NCBI RefSeq assembly: GCF_000143415.4
Contig: NW_003314312.1
Span: 735,510 to 799,509, forward strand
Direction: 5' to 3'
DNA: 64,000 nucleotides
From: Selaginella moellendorffii
Lineage: Eukaryota > Plantae > Lycopodiophyta
The number at the start of each line of letters is the position of its first letter. The first letter of the stretch is position 1. The translations under genes were made by a program, and so were the position numbers. The notes below the pieces were generated by a model that was not told the origin of the DNA, ran no database searches, and was given only the letters and a program-made list of their open reading frames with translations. Positions 56,207 to 64,000 of the stretch are shown here, in pieces.

Positions 56207-58435
56207 ATGGCAGCGAAAAGTTTGGCCCAGGCAATTCGAATCTCGGACAAAATTGCCGCAAGGTCCACGAACACAAACTCGAGCAAGGTCTGTAGGAACC
56301 AATGTAGGATCTTCTTAGCAGCGGTCGGCCATGTCCGAGACTACCTCAAGCGAATCCAGGATCTCAACTTCGCGAGCACTGGGACAGCTTTCGTGTGGGA
56401 CGAAACCGTGGCTGTCCTTAAGAGAGGCCTCCATCTCCTCAAGTCGTGCCAAGAATGCAATTGGATGGCGCGGAGCCTGCTGTTCAAGGAAAGCTGCGAT
56501 GAGTTCCAGAGCATTTATCCCGAGATCTTCAACTGTGTCGAGCTCGTCAGCGTCTATCTCTTTCAGCTGGCACCGTCCACCTCGGTAAGATCCAAGATTG
56601 CCGAAGCTTACAACTCGTGCCTCATGAGGCAAAACTCGAACAGCATGCTGGAAGAAGCCGGAAGGAATGACAGGAAGGCGCTCATGGCTCTCGCAATGAG
56701 CCAAGAGCCGGGAAGCCTGACGACCGAGAGCGAACAAGCCAAAGAGATACTTTGCTCCATGCTCCTGGGAAACAAGTCAGTGATTAACCACAAGGAACTC
56801 AAGCTGACAACACACCTGGGACAAGGCGGTTTCGGAACCGTGTACGAAGCAATCTGGCTCGGTCACAAGTTTGCAGTGAAAGTCTTCCCTCAAGGTGACA
56901 AGAGCTTCGCCAAAGAGCTCGCGGTTCTCGAAGCGGACAAGCATCCCAACGTGTTGCACATCGCCGGTCATTCTTTCGATGAAGAGAAGCAGCGGTACTC
57001 GCTGGTGATGGAGAAGATGGACATGGACCTGGCAAACTACGTCCTCAAGAAGAAGAACTCTCTCCCGTTGCTGTCGATCGTGGCAGTGATGCTCCAAGTT
57101 GCTACTGGCATGGCATGGCTTCACTCGAAGAATATAATCCACCGGGACCTCAAGCCGCAGAACATCTTGGTTGGCGAAGAAGACAACGATCTCGTGAGTA
57201 TCAGGATTGCCGACTTTGGAGTCTCGAGGCCAAACTTCATCTCCTCCCAGATCGAAGCCGTTAGCATCCAAGGCACCAGGAACTTCATGGCACCGGAGGT
57301 GTGGAGCAGCGAGCGCTACACGAAAAAGGCCGACGTTTACAGCTACGGGATGCTGATTTACCAGCTTGTCACTGGAAACGTTCCGTTCGAGGACGGGATG
57401 GACATGGAGCAAGTCCTTCGAGGCAAGCGTCCTGAGATACCAGCCACCTGTCCAGAGTTCCTGTCGCAGCTCATGCGGGAATGCTGGAGCCACGATGCAA
57501 AAGAGAGGCCTTCCTTCTCGGATATCTGCGAGCGGCTGAAGCAGCTCAAGACCAGGACCATTACTGGCACCGACTCCATGGACGAGTTACGAGCCAAGTT
57601 GGTTGAAGCAGCCAGGTCATCTTCCTCTTCTTCGTACTCGTCGTCTTCCTCGTCCTCGTCGCACAGCAGGACTCGAGTGAACATGGATTCTCTTGTCCAA
57701 GCGACTGAGAAGCTTTGGACCCAAAATCCTCCTCCTCCCTTTGTCCAGGTAAACTCTTTTGCTTTTAGTAACTTCCGGAGCTCGCCACGTTTGGTTTCAG
57801 CCGGTACCACACCGTCCTCAGCACGTCGCACCAGCAGCAAAGCCGGATAACAGGACCGAGCTCTTCGAACTGGTGAAGAATGGCCTCGTCAAAAACGCCT
57901 TCGAGAAAGCTCTGTCCCTGAACGATCCTTCCACGGTCTGGTGGCTTTGCACCAAGGTAATCCATTCACGTCCTCCAGCTGCTCATCAAAGCTCGTCCTT
58001 TGTCAACTTAGGTGGACCATACCGTCCTGCTTGTCTTCAGTGAATCAATGCTCATGGAACTGGCCGAGCAAATCAACACCAACTTCAAGGAAGACACTGC
58101 TCGCAGGTTGCTCTGGCTCGACGAGATTGGAATCTTGCTGCTCAAAGACGTCAATGGATGGGCATGGTCATCACCTCGGATGCTGAGGATCCTGGAGCAG
58201 CTTTCACAGAACCTCCACGGCATGATGGCTACAACACCGTCAAAGAGCGAGCTGGGGATGAAGCTGGCGAAAGCGCTGGAAGGTACCAACGTGGGTCTCC
58301 AGGTTCGTATGAAGCTCTTCGTGTTATTCGTTTGATTCAAATCGTTTGTCGTCGCAGCATGTCCGAGTTGCAGTGGACAGCAAAGCTCAATACATGAGAG
58401 TCCTCGGAGGATACTTTCCAGCGGAACACCGGTAG
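56207..58435 (+). CDS. Array copy K7 (subtype A'), apparently intact, ~688 aa spliced
   Basis: Predicted exons 56207-57748, 57801-57956, 58012-58302, 58358-58435. All introns are phase-0 GT-AG and 52-55 nt long. Confidence 0.85.
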
Positions 58436-58588
58436 TTTCTGAGTATTTCGATGTTCTAATTTGCTTCAACCAATTCCCATTCTTGACTTTGAGTAAACGC
58501 CTATCATCCTCTCATCCTGCCAGGGAAAACGTGAAGCATTCTTAAGAGACAAAAATCCAAGATAAAAGCTCCCACCATTCTTTAGTTC

Positions 58589-59314
58589 TTAAACTCGAGT
58601 AGACGGTGAAGAGCCCAACCTTTTCGATCTGGCAGCAGCAGTAGCAGCCTTGGCAGCTTCCGCAGCAGCGTAGACACCAGTAGTTCTCGTAGCCACAGCA
58701 TCGAGGATCATCGATCTCCGCTCAAAGAACGATTTTGCCGCTTTCAACTTCTCGGGATCCCCATACTTGTATGGCTTGTAGACGATCCCAGCAGCTAGCC
58801 GCTGCTTCTTGAGCTTGGCTGGACGAACGTACGCATCGCCCAGCTTGGCCTTCAATCTCTTCAAGCGCTTCTGGATCACTCTCCTCCGGTACACTCGCGG
58901 CTCGGGGATCTTGGGATCGGCGAGCGGCAGGCGATCTGGAGCAGGAGGCACAGCAACCCACCTGAAAATCCGATCGTCCGCGTGACCACCACCACCGCCT
59001 CCCGCTTTGTTGCGCTTGCCCGGATTCTTGGAGCCGGCGCTCTCGCCGTGCAAGCACTGCGTGTGGACGAGGAATTTGCTGCGGAGCCACACGAGCAAGC
59101 GCCTCATGTGTGTCTTGCTCTTGATCCCTTCCTTCTCGGCGTGCTCCCAGAGATCGCGCGATCCAATCGGGCCATGGGTGCGAACAATGCTGAGTACCTT
59201 CTGCGTCGGCAGATCCTTGGGGCTCTTCTTGGCGTAGAGGAAGGGATTGGAGAGATCCACCTCGTGGAGCTTGTAAAGGCGCCGTGGGAAGCGACGAGCG
59301 AGCTCCACCGCCAT
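58589..59314 (-). CDS. Basic protein resembling the plant mitoribosomal mL80-type family
   Basis: IVRTHGPI...LWEHAEKEGIKSKTHMRRLLVWLR resembles the remembered family pattern (HGPL...W..A...SKTHMK.LL.WMR). Single intact ORF. Confidence 0.55.
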   Translation of the reverse strand: MAVELARRFPRRLYKLHEVDLSNPFLYAKKSPKDLPTQKVLSIVRTHGPIGSRDLWEHAEKEGIKSKTHMRRLLVWLRSKFLVHTQCLHGESAGSKNPGKRNKAGGGGGGHADDRIFRWVAVPPAPDRLPLADPKIPEPRVYRRRVIQKRLKRLKAKLGDAYVRPAKLKKQRLAAGIVYKPYKYGDPEKLKAAKSFFERRSMILDAVATRTTGVYAAAEAAKAATAAARSKRLGSSPSTRV

Positions 59315-59542
59315 GGCGCCCAAAAACCCTAGCCAAAACCCTAATCCCAGGATCACATTGCTCTATCAAAATATCGATTGCTCGAGTAAAATCTGGAATG
59401 GCGCGAGAGAAATCACTGCTCCACCGCCATGGCACCCAAGAACCCTAATACTACGATCGCATTGTGCTCGAGAACGAAGAACACTAGAATTAAAGAGGGG
59501 AAAATTTTGGTATTCCAGGATCTGGGGCAAGAGAAGAAAGAA

Positions 59543-59956
59543 TCACTCCTCCTCCACCGTCTTGGTCTCGAGCTTCCGGAATCCCTCGGCCGGGAGCTCC
59601 GCCACGGTGACGTAGCTGTAGAGCTCCTCCTTGGCGTCCTCGTCGTCGTTGCGCTTGCGAGCAATCCGGACGCGAATCCTCCGCGGCACATTGCGGATGC
59701 CTCTACTCCAGACGTGCTTGTTGAGCTTGACATCCACCCTCACATCCGAGGTTCCCATGGCCTTTTGCGCGAATTTCTTGATCTCCTTCACCGCCCGGGG
59801 AGCCATCTTCTTGAAGGTGCTGCGGCAAAACAATCGATTCGATCGAATGGAGCGTGCGATTGAAGCTTACCAGCCATGGATCCGCTTGTGGAGATTGATG
59901 GTGTACTCCCTCGTCACGACCTCCTTCTTGCTGCGGCTGTTCTTCTTGTCGGCCAT
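59543..59956 (-). CDS. RPL31: 60S ribosomal protein L31 (eL31), one intron
   Basis: [17 protein letters not shown], intron, [17 protein letters not shown]...[21 protein letters not shown]. Confidence 0.95.
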
Positions 59957-61505
59957 CGCTCACCTCGTAAACCCTAGAGACTCCCGCCGTCGGATCTAGG
60001 GCAAACTCCACTTTTAGGGCGTGCTGGAAGCGGGAAATCTGAGCCGTTGGAATGTGCGGCTGGATGTCGAGCTCGCCACATTAAAAGAGACGTTAAGCTA
60101 CAAGGACTCGAGCCCGGGACCACCTAACTAGGAGCAATCGTAGACGCTAAAATCAACGGACGGATTCCACTGACCACTTGCACCACTTGCGTGCCGCTGC
60201 GTATTCATTGCCCTCCTCGCATTAACTACATTCTAAGTTTTACGTGCGCCGTACGGAGGTTTGGGTCATGGCCATTAATGCCACATATGATTTGGACAAT
60301 TTCTCGATGGACCTCCTAGTTTTACCCACCAAATAAGCAGCCGCTTATGTCAATCAAATCACCATCGCCCTTCCCTATTTGTGTCATCCACGTCACCGTC
60401 GTGTTGACTGCGGGCCGCCATCTCGGCCGTCCAACGTGCGATCCGACAGTCTAGACGGTACCGTACTGTCGGCGGCATATTCTAGAATTCAAACTTTCAA
60501 ATTTTCGTGGCGGGCGGGGTAACGTGCATGGCATATTGACTTAATGCGCAATGTTTTTGTCCGTCAACTTAGAATATAAGCTCCCAAAATTTCACGTCGT
60601 GGGATCCAGGTTGTAAAATTTGTCCATTGCCATGAAATTGCCAAGAAAATATAAGAACAGAAACTCTCTAGAGGTCATCAATCGTCAGCCCTAATCGAAG
60701 AAACCTCATCGAAACCTCCAGAAGTGGTGCCCCAAGAAAATTTGGTATAGTCTTTCGCCTAAAGATATATTTGATTCCAAGCAAGTTTGAGACAGGAGAT
60801 TAAAGTAAAGGAGACCTTTGCAACGCTTTCGACGGCAAAGCTAGTGCCTGTACAGCGACAATGTACGTGTATATCTTCCTCTTTTGCGGCGGGGTGGGGG
60901 TTCGAATCCACGCCAGAAACCCGCGAACGAATTTCCCTTTCACGCATTTTTAAAGCCTTTTCTAAACGAACTTTACCGGAACATTTACCGCCACGCTGAC
61001 AAACAACTGGGGAAAAGGTCCCTGCTCCTTTTATTTACCTTTCTACCACAACCACGGTAAAATCGCCCTGACTTGCCTGCCACCCTGCCTGGGCCGTCAC
61101 GCACGTCACCATCATCGCGACCGTCACTCCGCTTTTGATAGACGGTTGCGATAACGACTCGCCCCGCCAGCCCTAAACGGTTGCCCGTTATAAACGACCG
61201 CCCGCCAAAAAACACGGGCGGGCCCCGCCGCCCAAAAGCTCTCCCCGACCAAAACCGTTGGCCGGGCAAAAGAGCTTTTGGCCAGGCGGGCACGCTCCAT
61301 GCGAGGGATTTTCTCTCTTTATAAACCCGCCATGAAGAGCCCATTCTCCCCAAGCCAGGAAAGAGCTCACGATCAATCAAGCGTTCTTGGCGAGCGCGTC
61401 TCTCTCGCCTCCTTCGATCGATTTGGTATCTTTCTCTCCATTCTCGCATATAATCCTCTCTCGCCGCGGCTAATCTGTGTGAAATCTCTCGAAACATCGC
61501 AGGCC

Positions 61506-62705
61506 ATGGCTTCCAGGGCGCCTCTGCTGCTCGCGATCGTTTCTTGGATCGCATTTCTCCACCAGGCCGCGGCGACTGGCCACCACGGCGTGGCGCGCGG
61601 CCATCACCAGCATCGCGGAGGCGGCCACGGCGGCGGCGGTGGCGGATCGTCCGGAGGAGGCTATGAATCCGGCTCCTGGACCGGCGCGCATGCTACATTC
61701 TACGGCGGCAGCGATGCATCTGGAACCATGGGTGAGGCATCGCGTTTCTTGCGAAATATTTCGCTCGATCTTGGTTTCTTGTTCTAACTGGAGCCCTCGC
61801 CTTGGATCCTCTCTACCAGGAGGAGCTTGCGGCTATGGCAATCTCTACAGCCAGGGCTACGGCACCAACACCGCGGCATTGAGCACCGCGCTCTTCCAGA
61901 GCGGCCTCTCCTGCGGCGCTTGCTTCGAGGTGAAATGCAATGGTGATCCCGAGTGGTGCCTCCCGGGCTCCTCTGTTCTCGTCACGGCCACGAATTTCTG
62001 CCCGCCCAACGACGCGCTCCCGAACAACAATGGCGGATGGTGCAACACGCCGCTCCAGCATTTCGACATGGCGCAGCCAGCGTTCGAGCAGATCGCCAAG
62101 TACAGGGGAGGCATTGTGCCTGTTCTTTATAGAAGGTACAAGCACTACATTCCCATTTTCCATTTTTTCTCTTTGCTCTTAGATCAAACGCTTGGTTGTT
62201 TTGTGTTGCTTTGCTTCTTCTATGTGCCAGTCCCATCTAGATCAAACTTTTGGTTGCTTTGCTTTGCGAAACTTTTGTTTGCTTGGCTTTGCTTGGCTTC
62301 TTCCCTGTTCATCGAGATGAGATCCTTTAGAGAAAGTCATAGCACCCACATTGCTCTGCTTTGCTTTGCTTTTATTTACGTCAGGCTTTTCTTCGTTTCA
62401 GGGTTCCATGCCAGAGGAAAGGCGGCATCCGATTCACCATGAACGGCCACAACTACTTCAACCTGGTGCTCGTCACCAACGTTGGCGGCGCCGGGGACGT
62501 CCACTCGGTTTCGATCAAGGGCTCCAACACCGACTGGCTGCCAATGTCGCGCAACTGGGGCCAAAACTGGCAGAGCAACGCCATCCTCAGCGGCCAGTCG
62601 CTCTCCTTCAAGGTCACCACCAGCGACGGCCGGACGGTGGTGTCGTACGACGCTGCCCCGCCCAATTGGCAGTACGGGCAGACTTACAGCGGCGACCAGT
62701 TCTGA
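61506..62705 (+). CDS. EXPA: Alpha-expansin, three exons
   Basis: Signal peptide, [46 protein letters not shown]-like element at ~61320. Confidence 0.95.
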
Positions 62706-63783
62706 GCTCTCTGATCCATCGACTCGACGCCGCTGGCTTTGGATTCCCTGGGTGGTGTTTTTTTTTTTTTCCCCCCTCCTTTCCTCGTTCTTCGCTCTTT
62801 TCTCTTTCGGTGGATTTTGGATTTTGGTGGTGGCAGCAGCGCAGCAGCAGATTTGAGAGCTGGGATGTGGGATCTCACAAACAGCCCGTGTCTGCGGCAG
62901 CAATTACGCCACCCCGTCCGATCTTGGATGCTGCGGTTTAGTTTTTTAAGGCAAAGTAGCCACCCGCATTCGAGGCATTCCTTGGTTCTCTTCCACAAGA
63001 TTTTGTTTTCTCTTTTTTACACCCTTTTCTTCGACCAGCTCCTCTGGTTACTTGATTTTGTTCTTGATTCTTGGTGGCTGCCGAGGTGGTGGTGGAACAC
63101 GACTACCCGCACCCACGAGAACAAAATATACTGGTTTTCTAGTACGTATCGCAGCCAAGGGAACGTGATCTCCTTCCTGTCACAAAGGATCACAGGACTT
63201 TTGGCGTTTGTTTTTGTTTCACAAAGCTTGATATGAATATAACTTACTAGGTTATAGTTATGGGAACTGATCAAACTCGAAACTTGATAGTACCAAATCT
63301 AAGCAACTTTATAGCCTTGTCACATGCCGCGAGAACTTTACACCCAACGCAACATGACGAGTGAGATTTCTTCCATTCTTTTGGCCTTTGTTGTTCTTGT
63401 TGTTTGTGGAGTTGCAAAAGAATAGAAGACCACCACCTCCACCACCAACTTTTTACAATCTCCCCCAAACAGATGAGATGGGCCATGGGCCCCAACCCAA
63501 ACTCTCGTCCGTACCAGCCACCATGTGGCGTGAGAAAAAGAAAGGCGAGATTGTGATTTAGTCACATGCGGCATGCCGTCATACATGTGCCATGTGCATT
63601 GCCTTTAAAGCTTTAGGTCTGTCTGTCGCGCCGCGCTCATCGTTGTCCTCCCCTTTCACACGCCCTTGACCAACAGCTTTCCTAAAACAACTATGACCGT
63701 TGACCATTTTTCGCGCTTCCAGATATTAACCCAAAACCCTAAATACTGACCATTGACCACCTGGACCAAATCTTTGTCACTCG

Positions 63784-64000
63784 CTAAAACAGTTTCCACA
63801 TCACGGGCCCCGGCTCATACGGCATGCTTTCGATCAGCTCCTTGGCCTGTTTCGCGAATCCTTTCCGCGCGAGGATGTCGATCACGCACTCGTAGTGCTC
63901 CGCGGTGTGTTCTATCCATCTGTCCGCAGCGATGGATCGGAAGTCCCTTGACGAGCGATGATCCGGTGGTGTGGTTCCTGATCGCCACCAAAACGTTGAG
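63784..64000 (-). pseudogene. PLS-class PPR gene 3' remnant, extends beyond the window
   Basis: EHYECVIDILARKG..KQAKELIESMPYEPGPVMW (S2/E1 junction) followed by an early stop. Confidence 0.6.

Noticed and set aside
17619-57493. Recurrent ~238-aa minus-strand ORFs and Glu/Asp-rich antisense ORFs over each kinase
   Set aside because: These are shadow frames of GC3-rich kinase codons and the poly-Ser linker. They recur only because the sense gene is duplicated.
18810-58335. ~110-aa ORFs downstream of each kinase as separate small genes
   Set aside because: They start at non-ATG codons at or near splice acceptors and are better explained as exon 3 of the kinase gene.
60985-61554. 189-aa Arg-rich minus-strand ORF upstream of the expansin
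   Set aside because: Antisense to a GC-rich promoter and 5' UTR; no domain is recognisable.

Overview
Eukaryotic plant genomic DNA. It is gene-dense with mostly ~45-70 nt introns, and I infer a Selaginella-type lycophyte. The left flank (1-13.9 kb) holds a partial bulb-type lectin, tRNA-Arg(CCT), a DUF2232 membrane protein, U11/U12-59K, an FGGY carbohydrate kinase, a subtilase and VPS18. The right flank (58.6-64 kb) holds an mL80-like gene, RPL31, an alpha-expansin and a PPR remnant. Between them is a ~41 kb tandem array (17.0-58.4 kb) of seven full-length and two partial copies of a four-exon gene that the ORF track splits up. Spliced, it encodes a ~190-aa helical N-terminal domain (MLKL/HeLo four-helix-bundle-like), a catalytically intact TKL/Raf-like kinase, a Ser/Pro linker, and a C-terminal domain that aligns by eye to the EDC4/Ge-1/VARICOSE C-terminal (P-body/decapping scaffold) domain. 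The kinase is nearly invariant between copies while the EDC4-like domain is highly variable, and two kinase subtypes alternate strictly. The array also contains remnants of both flanking genes, a Ty3/Gypsy element inserted in one copy, a second LTR element, PIF/Harbinger remnants, and a repeat-flanked cassette of captured fragments (LRR-RLK exons, tRNA-Met pseudogene, GA20ox). All domain assignments are from motif recognition and remembered sequences, not from searches.
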